DNA from: an uncultured Alphaproteobacteria bacterium
GTDB taxonomy: Bacteria; Pseudomonadota; Alphaproteobacteria; HIMB59
Reading direction: 5' to 3'
NCBI GenBank assembly: GCA_902601865.1
Contig: CACKOX010000002.1
Location: 2,208 to 66,207, forward strand
DNA: 64,000 bases
The position numbers and the translations under genes are program-made. The notes beneath the pieces are model-generated. The model had not been told where the DNA came from. It saw only the letters and a list, made by a program, of their open reading frames with translations, and did no database searches. Positions 19,199 through 28,355 of this stretch are shown here, one piece after another (positions within the stretch are counted from its first letter, which is position 1; each line of letters opens with the position of its first letter).

Positions 19199-20233
19199 AT
19201 GAATAATATTGTAAATCCAGGATCCAGTCACGAAACAGATGTAGTTATAATTGGCGCTGGGCCCTGTGGTCTTTTTCAAGTATTTGAGCTTGGTCTTTTA
19301 GATATGAAATCTCATCTCATTGACAATCTAGACAAGATTGGTGGACAATGCGCTGAGCTTTATCCTGATAAAAACTTATATGATATTCCAAGTAGACCGG
19401 CTATTACGGGCCAAGAGTTAACTGATGATTTAATTAAACAAGCAGAACCTTTCAACCCTACTTATCACCTAAACCAATTAACCTCAAAAATTGAAATTAA
19501 TGAAAATGATATTTTAGTAGAAACCGACAAAGGTTCCTCAATTAAGTGTAAGTCTGTAGTTATTGCTGCCGGGGCAGGAAGCTTTGTTCCAAGAAAACTT
19601 CCAGCAGAAGGTGCTGATCAATTAGAAAATAAGAATATCTTTTACTCAGTCAAAAAAAGAACAAACTTTCAAGACAAGAATATTTTAATTATTGGTGGTG
19701 GTGACTCCGCTTTAGATTATGTTATGGGATTTCAAGGTATTGCTAAAAAAGTATCACTGGTTCATAGAAGAAAAGAATTTAAAGGCGTTCAAGACTCAGT
19801 AAATAAAGTTATGTCGTTGGTAGATCAGGGGGAAGTAAATTTTAATATGGGAAGTCTTAAGAATGTTTCACTTAATGAAAAAGGCAAAGTAACAGTCACC
19901 CTAGATGATGATAAAATAATTGACGATATTGATGCAATATTCCCATTTTTTGGTTTAAAAATTGAATTAGGCCCAATCGCAGAGTGGGGATTAAACTTAG
20001 AAAAGAATCATATTTCTGTTAACACAGAAAACTTCGAAACTTCAGTACCAAGAATTTTTGCTGTGGGAGATATTTGTATTTATCCGGGTAAGTTAAAATT
20101 GATACTAAGTGGTTTTCATGAGGCTGCACTCGCTGCTAAAAAAATGTTTGAGTACTGTCATAGTGATAAAAAGTATGTTTTTAGGTACACTACCTCTTCA
20201 AGTGACTTACAAAAAAAATTAGGTGTGAAGTAA
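19199..20233 (+). CDS. Ferredoxin-NADP+ reductase (TrxR-like, YumC type)
   Basis: IIGAGPCG, GGQC.ELYP.K..YDIP, GGGDSA, HRR, GDI..YPGKLKLI. Confidence 0.9.
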   Translation: MNNIVNPGSSHETDVVIIGAGPCGLFQVFELGLLDMKSHLIDNLDKIGGQCAELYPDKNLYDIPSRPAITGQELTDDLIKQAEPFNPTYHLNQLTSKIEINENDILVETDKGSSIKCKSVVIAAGAGSFVPRKLPAEGADQLENKNIFYSVKKRTNFQDKNILIIGGGDSALDYVMGFQGIAKKVSLVHRRKEFKGVQDSVNKVMSLVDQGEVNFNMGSLKNVSLNEKGKVTVTLDDDKIIDDIDAIFPFFGLKIELGPIAEWGLNLEKNHISVNTENFETSVPRIFAVGDICIYPGKLKLILSGFHEAALAAKKMFEYCHSDKKYVFRYTTSSSDLQKKLGVK

Positions 20234-20234
20234 T

Positions 20235-20459
20235 TCACTCAGACTTACAGTTTAATTGTGAGTCACATAAAGGTTTATTAGAACTCTTTTTACAACCACA
20301 AAAAAAAACAATTTCATCCTTAATGGCTTTATAAGGAACATTTGAATACCCAGTTACTTTATGAGAGCCATCACAAAAAGGCTGACTTTTACTAAGACCA
20401 CATGAACACCAATAATACTTTTTTCCTTTTTTAACTAATATTGCATGAGACTTACTCAC
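20235..20459 (-). CDS. CDGSH iron-sulfur domain protein
   Basis: WCSCGLS..QPFCDGSH plus a second, variant motif. Confidence 0.9.
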   Translation of the reverse strand: MSKSHAILVKKGKKYYWCSCGLSKSQPFCDGSHKVTGYSNVPYKAIKDEIVFFCGCKKSSNKPLCDSQLNCKSE

Positions 20460-20490
20460 TTAGATATATTGATAATCATATTTTTTTAGA

Positions 20491-21606
20491 TTAATAAATT
20501 TTCTGCTTTTTTAGAATATGCTTATAAACAGTGGTTCTGGAGATATTTAATCTTCTAGAGACATCACTAACTTTTTTTCCAGATTGCTTATAAGTCTTTT
20601 GTATTAAAAGGCATTGTTGTTCTCTAATCGGTGAACCATGACATTGGTCACAAGGTTCGTAGGCCTTTATTGATTTTTTATTATTATATCGCCCAAAAGA
20701 AGAGGATTGTCTTTGAAATAGTTTGATAAAGACACTAGAACCTAATCTATCTCTTATTTGAAGAGTTTTGTTAGAATTTAATTCATGTGCAATTTTTTGA
20801 AAGCTTGTATCAAAATATTCAGAAAAACTATCACTAGGATTTATCAAGATACCACTCAACATTATTTTTGAATTTAAATTCATTCCTTCTATGAACCCTT
20901 CTTCGTTGACTGCAATTAATCCTATGCTGTTTGTATGAAGATATTCACTACGAGGATGAAAAGCATATATGTCTGAATGTTGAAAAGAATTGAGAAATAA
21001 CTTTTGCTCAATTGACTTAGCTGAAAGTTTTACGAGAGCTAATGTATGATCCTGTCTGGATGTGGCATCTGTTGATGCATCAATAATGCCTACAATATTT
21101 TGTTCATGATCAAAAATAGGATTTGCAAAACATGATAAATTACAATGTTCATCATAAAAATGTTCATTACCAGCAACTATGGACGGTGTTTTTGTTTGAA
21201 GCGTTAAACCCAATCCATTGGTTCCACGAAATTCTTCTTTCCAAATTGATCCAGGAATGACTACTTTACGAGCCTTGCTGTTATAAAACTCATTATCATA
21301 AAGAGTGTCTAATACAACACCATCAGTGTTTGCAAACGCTACCATAAAATTTGTACCTGCAATTTGTGAGTGCAGTAATTCTAACTCAGGTAAAATGAAT
21401 TTCCGAACATCACTATATTTTTCCTGTACTTCATTCAACTCTGAGTTGCTTAAAACGGCTTCAACTGATTGATCTCGAGGATTAAGGCCGTTCTCAAAAC
21501 ATCGAACCCAACTATCAACAATTTTTTTATCTGTAAAATCTAGAGATAAACCTCTGTGTTTTTCCAAAATTTTTGCTTGTTCCACTAATTGCCTATAGGA
21601 CTGCAT
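20491..21606 (-). CDS. GAF-PAS-Fis HTH transcriptional regulator (AcoR-like, no AAA+ domain)
   Basis: SWVRC, W.E...GTNGLG, G.EHF, FHPRSEYL; C-terminal SRRLNISRTTVYK; no GAFTGA or Walker motifs. Confidence 0.8.
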   Translation of the reverse strand: MQSYRQLVEQAKILEKHRGLSLDFTDKKIVDSWVRCFENGLNPRDQSVEAVLSNSELNEVQEKYSDVRKFILPELELLHSQIAGTNFMVAFANTDGVVLDTLYDNEFYNSKARKVVIPGSIWKEEFRGTNGLGLTLQTKTPSIVAGNEHFYDEHCNLSCFANPIFDHEQNIVGIIDASTDATSRQDHTLALVKLSAKSIEQKLFLNSFQHSDIYAFHPRSEYLHTNSIGLIAVNEEGFIEGMNLNSKIMLSGILINPSDSFSEYFDTSFQKIAHELNSNKTLQIRDRLGSSVFIKLFQRQSSSFGRYNNKKSIKAYEPCDQCHGSPIREQQCLLIQKTYKQSGKKVSDVSRRLNISRTTVYKHILKKQKIY

Positions 21607-21649
21607 GGGCCAAAGCTAACAATTTCACAGGATGAATACAACCTAAAGA

Positions 21650-21717
21650 TTGTTCAAAAAATGAACAAAACCATAGTTTTTTCATCAAAAAAAGCACCAT
21701 ATGTCAAATTTGAACAT
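21650..21717. promoter_or_regulatory. Two related inverted-repeat operator candidates
   Basis: TTGTTCA-N5-TGAACAA at 21650-21668 and ATGTCAAATTTGAACAT at 21701-21717, between the divergent regulator and ADH. Confidence 0.55.
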
Positions 21718-21772
21718 TGGAACTAAATCTAAATTATAGTTTAATAATTCTATAAGAACTTAGGAGGAACCA

Positions 21773-22834
21773 ATGAAAGCTCAAGTATTACATAATTACG
21801 ATCCTGATATGAAGCAGGAGGTTTGGGTAAAGGAAGAAGAGGTTCCAGATCCTAAATTAGAAAAGGCCTCAGATGTCATAGTTAAGATTGGCGCTGCAGG
21901 AGTTTGTAGAACAGATTTACACGTCATAGAGGGAGAATGGAGACACATCCAAGATCCTGATGATAAACTTTTACCCTGTGTCATGGGACATGAAAATGCA
22001 GGATGGATTGAAGAAGTTGGAAGTGACGTTGAGGGTTTTAAAAAAGGGGACTCAGTTATTCTCCACCCAATCATCTCTGGAACCAACGGTACTTGTCTTA
22101 GTTGTAGAAAAGGGTTAGACACTCATGCTGAAAATGGAATTTTTCCAGGGCTTAATGTAAAAGAGGGTGGTTACTCCGAATTATTAAAGACTAGTGTAAG
22201 AAATCTTATTAAGATACCAAATTCTTTAACCCCAAAAGACGTAGCACCTTTCTCTGATGCAGGATTAACAGCCTATAGAGTTGCTAAAAAAGCAACTAGG
22301 CATCTTTTACCTGGAGAAAATTGTGTTGTGATAGGCGCTGGAGGTTTAGGTCACATAGCCATTCAATGTTTAAAAGCAATGTGCGCTGCTAACATAATTA
22401 TTGTTGAAAAATCTGAAACTGCTCTAAAACATGCAATGCCTCTTGGTGGAGATCACGGTGTCTTGATTGATGGCAATGAAGTGGAAAGAGTAATGGAGTT
22501 AACCAAAGGCCTAGGGGCAGAAGCTGTAATTGATATGGTGGGAGAAAAAGGTTCAACCTCAATGGGGCTTAATATGACAAAAAACACTGGGTCTTATTAT
22601 ATAGTTGGATACGGAGAAGATATTAAAATCAAATCTGTTGATATGATTATCTCTGAGAGAAATATCATAGGAAATTTAATTGGTACGTGGTCTGAGCTTT
22701 ATGAACTAATGGAGTTAGCTAATAAAGACTTAGTTAGGTTATCTATGCAAGAGTATAAGCTAAGTGAAGCTAACAAGGCCTTGCATGATCTTAATAGTGG
22801 TTTAGTTAAAGGTAGAGCCGTTTTAGTACCATAA
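21773..22834 (+). CDS. Zn-dependent NAD(P) alcohol dehydrogenase (MDR family)
   Basis: GVCRTD, GHE, DAGLTAY, GAGGLGH, GRAVLVP; RBS AGGAGG. Confidence 0.92.
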   Translation: MKAQVLHNYDPDMKQEVWVKEEEVPDPKLEKASDVIVKIGAAGVCRTDLHVIEGEWRHIQDPDDKLLPCVMGHENAGWIEEVGSDVEGFKKGDSVILHPIISGTNGTCLSCRKGLDTHAENGIFPGLNVKEGGYSELLKTSVRNLIKIPNSLTPKDVAPFSDAGLTAYRVAKKATRHLLPGENCVVIGAGGLGHIAIQCLKAMCAANIIIVEKSETALKHAMPLGGDHGVLIDGNEVERVMELTKGLGAEAVIDMVGEKGSTSMGLNMTKNTGSYYIVGYGEDIKIKSVDMIISERNIIGNLIGTWSELYELMELANKDLVRLSMQEYKLSEANKALHDLNSGLVKGRAVLVP

Positions 22835-22893
22835 AAAGTTTGTTTTCAGATTAAGTTCTGAGCAAAATACGAAGTATTAAGGGAGGGAAATAA

Positions 22894-24420
22894 ATGAAAC
22901 TTAAAACTTTGATAAGCGCCTTGGCGTCTGTCCTCTTGATTGGCAGCCAGGTTGCACATGCAGATAAGTGGGGAGATCAGTTTCCACATATTGCAGCAAC
23001 AGGAGACATTCCTGGAATGTGTTCATATGAATCTATGTCAAAAAAAGACTATAGTGGAAGAACACTTACTATTAACACACACGCGATACCTGTTATGGGT
23101 GAGCCAACAGCTCTTCACGCTGAGCAGTTCGAAAAATTAACAGGAGCTAAAGTAGAAGTAACGCATACTCCTGCTGGTGACCTATATTCAAAGGCAATGG
23201 TTCCTTTCCAAGCTGGTCAGGCTCCTTATGATATTGTTTTTGGTTTTTCAAACTTCATAAATGACTGGAAAAGATATTTAGCTCCAGTACCACAAGAGTA
23301 TGTTGACCAAATGGAAGGTGTTTCAGCTTCACATAAAGCGATAGCCTCATGGGATGGTGTTATGTACCAATACCCTGTTGATGGTGACAGACACTATTTG
23401 AAATACAGAAAAGACGTTATTGATAACCCTGAGATGCAAGCTAAATATAAAGCAGATACAGGTAATGAATTAAAAGTACCAACAACTTGGAAAGAGTATG
23501 GAGAAATGGCTTCTTACTTTAATGGTTGGGACTGGGATGGCGATGGAGAACCAGAATACGGCTCTGCTGAGGTTATGAAAAAAGATGATCTTATGTATGC
23601 TGCATTCTACTCACGTTCAGTAGCTTATGCTAAAAATCCTAGCACACCTGGTGGCTTCTTTTTTGATTTAGAAACTATGGAACCTTTAATTAATAATCCT
23701 GGTTTTGTTGAAGCCTTAACTGATTGGGTTGATGCTGTTAATTACGTTCCCCCTGGAGGAATTAACTTTGGTCTCGGTGATGAAATTAATTCATTTGGCG
23801 GAGGTCAGACCTTATTCAGTTTTTCATGGGATGATGCTTTTGTTGCAGCAATGCAACCTGATAGTCCAATTTCAAATCAAGTAGGTGCCGCTCAACTTCC
23901 TGGTGCAGATAGAGTTTGGAACAGAGAGAACGGAATGTGGGACGCTAAGTCTAATCAAGCCCCTTTCTTTGTTTGGGGATGGGCAGTTGGTGTTGCAGGT
24001 AAATCTGACAACAAAGACGTTGCCTTTGATTATCTTTGCTTCTTTGCAAATGGTGCTAACCACCAAGCAGACATCGGAATTGGCCGATTTGGTGTAAATC
24101 CATTTATGGAAGAGGACTTTAAAGCTGATGTTTGGACACAAATTGGCTGGGACAAAGATATTGCTCAATCATATGTTGAAACACTGGCTGATATGGAAAA
24201 AAGTACTAATAGAGTATTTCCATTAAGAGTTCCTGGAACTTTCGAGTTCAACAGTGCTTTAGCAACTGGTACTGCAAAAGCTTTAGCAGGTCAATTATCT
24301 CCACAAGCTGCACTTGACGAAGTATATGCTGAATGGGTAGCAATTCTTGAAAGAGTTGGTGCTGATAACGTAAGAGATGCATACGCAGTCGGTGTAAAAA
24401 TGGAAGATAACGAATTATAA
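22894..24420 (+). CDS. ABC transporter substrate-binding protein (CUT1)
   Basis: Signal peptide; YPVDGD, YRKD, VPTTW; strong RBS. Confidence 0.88.
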   Translation: MKLKTLISALASVLLIGSQVAHADKWGDQFPHIAATGDIPGMCSYESMSKKDYSGRTLTINTHAIPVMGEPTALHAEQFEKLTGAKVEVTHTPAGDLYSKAMVPFQAGQAPYDIVFGFSNFINDWKRYLAPVPQEYVDQMEGVSASHKAIASWDGVMYQYPVDGDRHYLKYRKDVIDNPEMQAKYKADTGNELKVPTTWKEYGEMASYFNGWDWDGDGEPEYGSAEVMKKDDLMYAAFYSRSVAYAKNPSTPGGFFFDLETMEPLINNPGFVEALTDWVDAVNYVPPGGINFGLGDEINSFGGGQTLFSFSWDDAFVAAMQPDSPISNQVGAAQLPGADRVWNRENGMWDAKSNQAPFFVWGWAVGVAGKSDNKDVAFDYLCFFANGANHQADIGIGRFGVNPFMEEDFKADVWTQIGWDKDIAQSYVETLADMEKSTNRVFPLRVPGTFEFNSALATGTAKALAGQLSPQAALDEVYAEWVAILERVGADNVRDAYAVGVKMEDNEL

Positions 24421-24432
24421 AATACTTAATTT

Positions 24433-24462
24433 AGTGGTCGCTCATAAAATTGAGCGATCACT
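24433..24462 (+). terminator. Stem-loop after the SBP gene
   Basis: AGTGGTCGCTCA-taaaat-TGAGCGATCACT; no immediate U-tract. Confidence 0.65.
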
Positions 24463-24494
24463 TCAAAGACTAATTTTTTTATATTAATAGCTGA

Positions 24495-25358
24495 ATGAAC
24501 TTTAAACATAAATATGTATTTTTACTTCCGGGTTTAATTGTTTTAATTGGCATCTTAATATTTCCTATTATTTTCACTGTTCGATTAAGTTTATCAGGAT
24601 GGAATAGCTTTAATCCTGGATTAGATTTTATAGGTTTCAAAAATTATGTCCGCCTATTTACTGACGATCCTCGTTTTTGGCAGTCGTTTTTTAGATTAAG
24701 CTTTTTAGCTATCACAACAGTTTTTCTTCAGTATGTAATTGGCTTTGCTTTAGCTCATATGGTCTGGAAAGATATTAAATTTAAAAGATTCTTCAGAGTT
24801 TTATTTCTTATTCCCATGATGACTACCCCGGTAATCATGACTGTTATTTGGAGAACTTTTTTTCATGAGTCTTTAGGCCCTTTAAATGATTTTTTAAGTA
24901 TTTTTGGAGTACAACCCCCATGGCTTTCAAGTCCCAGTTTAGCAAAAGTTTCAATTATTGTTGTGGAAGTTTGGCAGTGGACGTCATTCATGTTTTTATT
25001 AATGTTAGCGGGGCTTCTAAGTTTGCCTAAAGAACCTTTTTTAGCTGCTGCTGTTGATGGTGCTAGCCCTTTTAAAAAATTTATTTATGTCACCTTTCCA
25101 CTTATGGCGCCTATTTCCATTGGCGCGATTGTAATAAGACTTATCGAGGCTTCTAAAATCATGGATACTGTTTTCGTTTTGACAAGTGGTGGTCCAGGCA
25201 CATCTACTGAGACATCTAGTTTTTTCATATTTATAAAAGGACTTAGAGAATTTCAAATGGGATATGCGGCGACAGCTTCTTTTACATACCTCATTATTAT
25301 GATCATCAGTCTTACAATTATTGTTAAAGTTTTAACCAAAGTATTAATGAGAGAGTAA
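24495..25358 (+). CDS. ABC transporter permease
   Basis: VWQWTSF; PFLAAAVDGA EAA loop. Confidence 0.92.
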   Translation: MNFKHKYVFLLPGLIVLIGILIFPIIFTVRLSLSGWNSFNPGLDFIGFKNYVRLFTDDPRFWQSFFRLSFLAITTVFLQYVIGFALAHMVWKDIKFKRFFRVLFLIPMMTTPVIMTVIWRTFFHESLGPLNDFLSIFGVQPPWLSSPSLAKVSIIVVEVWQWTSFMFLLMLAGLLSLPKEPFLAAAVDGASPFKKFIYVTFPLMAPISIGAIVIRLIEASKIMDTVFVLTSGGPGTSTETSSFFIFIKGLREFQMGYAATASFTYLIIMIISLTIIVKVLTKVLMRE

Positions 25359-25360
25359 AA

Positions 25361-26209
25361 ATGCCTAAGTTATATACATTTTTGAAATATTTTTTTGTCA
25401 TATTATGGGCATGTTTTGTGATTGCTCCTTTTCTATGGGCAATTTCAACTTCGTTTAAAGATTTTAATTCAGTAACTGGAGGTGCAACTTATATCCCATG
25501 GCTACAGTTTGAACCTACATTAGATGGATGGAGTGTACTATTTAAGCCTGGCTCGCAAGGCGGTATCAACATTATTGGCCCATATTTCAATAGTATTTTT
25601 GTAACACTTACAGCAAGTTTGATTAGTATCGTGTTGGGCACATTGGCTGCCTATGCCCTGTCTCGTTACACTTTCAAAGCTGGATTTGTAAAAAATAATG
25701 ACATTACTTTTTTCTTTATATCGCAAAGAATTATGCCACCTGTAGTATTGTCAATTCCTTTTTTTCTTTTTTTAAGTACTTTGGGTCTTCTTGATAGTCT
25801 TGCTGGTCTAATTTTAGTTTACATTGTTTTATTAATGCCAATCGCTGTTTGGATTATGGTTGACTTTTTTAATCGTGTTCCAAAAGAAATTGATGAGACA
25901 GCTTTAATTGATGGATGTAATCCCTTCCAAGCTTTTTTTAAAGTAGTGCTCCCTAATTCTGTTCCAGGTATGTTAGTAGCTGGCTTATTTTGTATAATTT
26001 TTGGTTGGATTGATTTTTTCTTTGCATTTATTTTAACATTTACAAAAGTACAACTACTACCAGTTAAGATCGTAGCCTTAAATTCCTCAATTACACCTTG
26101 GTGGAGTTTATCTGCAGCAGCATTAGTATCTGTTGCACCATTAATAATAGTAGCATTTATCGTAGAACGTTATTTATCTAAGGGTAATTTATCAGGAGCT
26201 TTAAAATAG
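25361..26209 (+). CDS. ABC transporter permease
   Basis: EIDETALIDGC EAA loop; TM helices. Confidence 0.92.
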   Translation: MPKLYTFLKYFFVILWACFVIAPFLWAISTSFKDFNSVTGGATYIPWLQFEPTLDGWSVLFKPGSQGGINIIGPYFNSIFVTLTASLISIVLGTLAAYALSRYTFKAGFVKNNDITFFFISQRIMPPVVLSIPFFLFLSTLGLLDSLAGLILVYIVLLMPIAVWIMVDFFNRVPKEIDETALIDGCNPFQAFFKVVLPNSVPGMLVAGLFCIIFGWIDFFFAFILTFTKVQLLPVKIVALNSSITPWWSLSAAALVSVAPLIIVAFIVERYLSKGNLSGALK

Positions 26210-27282
26210 TGTCATTATTAATTGACCATATTTCTCTTAAGCCAACTGAAGAATATCATCTAAACGACGTTACTCTTAATTTTAATCCTGGAAAGATGTA
26301 TACCATTTTAGGGAGAACTTTATCTGGCAAAACTACACTTTTAAAAACTATAGCTGGACTACAAACGCCTGACTCAGGGTCTATTAAATTTGAAGGAGCA
26401 GATTTTTTATCTGTCCCAGTTTGGAATAGAAATGTAGCTATGGTTTATCAGCAATTTATAAATTACCCCCATTTAAATGTCATAGAAAATATCTCATTTC
26501 CTCTAAAACAAAGAAAAATGGAAGAAAATATAATTGAAAAAGAAGTCAAAGAAGCCATGGAGAAAGTGGGTTTAATTGGTTTTGAGTTAAGAAAAATTCA
26601 AGAATTATCAGGCGGCCAACAACAAAGAGTGGCCTTAGCAAGGTCGCTAGCCAAAAAAGCTAAAATACTTCTACTGGATGAACCACTAGTTAATCTTGAC
26701 TATAAATTAAGGGAGGGCCTTAGAGAGGAATTTAAAAAACTTTTCAGTGGATCTGAGGCTTCAAAATCAATTTTAATTTATGCAAGTACAGACCCTTTAG
26801 AGGCTATGCAGCTCAATGGAGACATCATTGTTATTGATGAGGGTAAAGTACTTCAAACTGGTTCAGCTAAAGAGGTATTTGAAAATCCTGCCACAGCTAA
26901 AGTTGCAGAAATAACTAATGACCCTGCGATGAATATAAATAAAGGCCATATACAAGATAATACTCTTGTTATGAACAACAATGTTCAAATTCAAATCCCC
27001 GATCAGCTTAAATCAATTCCTAATGGTGACTACCAAGTAGGTATAAGAGCCACAGATTTATTTTTAGACGATAATGGATTTAGCTTTGATGTAGAAATCT
27101 CTGAGATATCAGGATCTGAGACCTTCCTTCATCTACGAAATAATGATTTGAAATGTGTTGCAACTATAGAAGAGGTAAAAACATATGAAGCTAATGAAGT
27201 TGTTAAAATAAATTTTGATAAATCAAAAATTTATTTGTTCAAGGAGACAGGAGAACTATTACACTCTCCCTACCAGCAATAA
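26209..27282 (+). CDS. ABC ATPase, GlpS (glycerol ABC) type
   Basis: GRTLSGKT, VYQQFINYP, LSGGQ, DEPLVNLDYKLRE; YASTD in place of the H-loop. Confidence 0.85.
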   Translation: MSLLIDHISLKPTEEYHLNDVTLNFNPGKMYTILGRTLSGKTTLLKTIAGLQTPDSGSIKFEGADFLSVPVWNRNVAMVYQQFINYPHLNVIENISFPLKQRKMEENIIEKEVKEAMEKVGLIGFELRKIQELSGGQQQRVALARSLAKKAKILLLDEPLVNLDYKLREGLREEFKKLFSGSEASKSILIYASTDPLEAMQLNGDIIVIDEGKVLQTGSAKEVFENPATAKVAEITNDPAMNINKGHIQDNTLVMNNNVQIQIPDQLKSIPNGDYQVGIRATDLFLDDNGFSFDVEISEISGSETFLHLRNNDLKCVATIEEVKTYEANEVVKINFDKSKIYLFKETGELLHSPYQQ

Positions 27283-28355
27283 TGGCAAAATTAGTTTTAG
27301 ATAACATTGCACACTCTTATGACCCTAATGCAAGTAACCCAGTATTCGCTCTCAAACAAATGTCTCTTTCTTGGGCTGACGGAGGACGGTACGCATTATT
27401 AGGACCATCTGGATGTGGAAAAACAACAATGTTAAATATTATGAGTGGTCTAGTGACACCTTCACATGGAAAAGTTTTTTTCGATCAAAGTGAAGTAACA
27501 CGTATGATTACTGAAGAGAGAAATATTGCTCAAGTCTTTCAATTCCCTGTTATTTACGGAACTATGACCGTTTATGAAAATCTTGCATTCCCCTTAAAAT
27601 GTCGACAATTTCCAGAGGACCAAATAGACAAAAAAGTCAAAGAGGTCTCAGAAATATTGAATTTACATAACTTTTTGGACAATCGAGCAAAAGGATTAAC
27701 TGCTGATCAAAAGCAACTAATCTCACTTGGAAGAGGTTTAGTTAGAGAAGACGTCGCTGCGATATTAATGGATGAACCATTAACAGTGATTGACCCTGAT
27801 TTAAAATTTCGTCTAAGAAGAAAGCTGAAAGAGATTAATGATAAATATAAGACGACATTGATCTATGTAACTCATGATCAAAATGAGGCTATGACATTTG
27901 CAGATAATATTATTGTTATGGATCAAGGTGAGGTTGTTCAAGCAGGATCACCCAAGGACCTTTTCGAGAGACCGCAAACAACATTTGTTGGGTATTTTAT
28001 TGGATCTCCCGCAATGAATTTATATGAATGTTCAGCAAATTCGGAAAATCAAATTTCTATTGGCTCTAATACATTTAAAGTTCACACTAATATTAATAAT
28101 ACTCACTCAAAAGATTTAAAATTAGGAATTCGCTCAGAATATATTACAGTTGAAAGTAAACTTAGTGATAATTCATTAGAAGCAGATATAATTGAAGTAG
28201 AAGATTTTGGAAACTATAAACTCATTACAGCATCATTTGACTCAGTAAAAATAAAAGCAAAAGTCAAAAGAGAATTAGACATACCATCAGAAAAAGTTAT
28301 CCTTAAATTACCTGCAGAACATTGCTGTATATATGAAGATAATAAACTTATCTAA
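27282..28355 (+). CDS. ABC ATPase, GlpT (glycerol ABC) type
   Basis: GPSGCGKT, VFQFPVIY, LTADQKQ degenerate signature, DEPLTVIDP, YVTHDQ. Confidence 0.85.
   Translation: MAKLVLDNIAHSYDPNASNPVFALKQMSLSWADGGRYALLGPSGCGKTTMLNIMSGLVTPSHGKVFFDQSEVTRMITEERNIAQVFQFPVIYGTMTVYENLAFPLKCRQFPEDQIDKKVKEVSEILNLHNFLDNRAKGLTADQKQLISLGRGLVREDVAAILMDEPLTVIDPDLKFRLRRKLKEINDKYKTTLIYVTHDQNEAMTFADNIIVMDQGEVVQAGSPKDLFERPQTTFVGYFIGSPAMNLYECSANSENQISIGSNTFKVHTNINNTHSKDLKLGIRSEYITVESKLSDNSLEADIIEVEDFGNYKLITASFDSVKIKAKVKRELDIPSEKVILKLPAEHCCIYEDNKLI

Noticed and set aside
20630-20660. CxxCH as a c-type cytochrome haem site
   Set aside because: The protein is a cytoplasmic DNA-binding regulator with no export signal; kept only as a possible metal or redox motif
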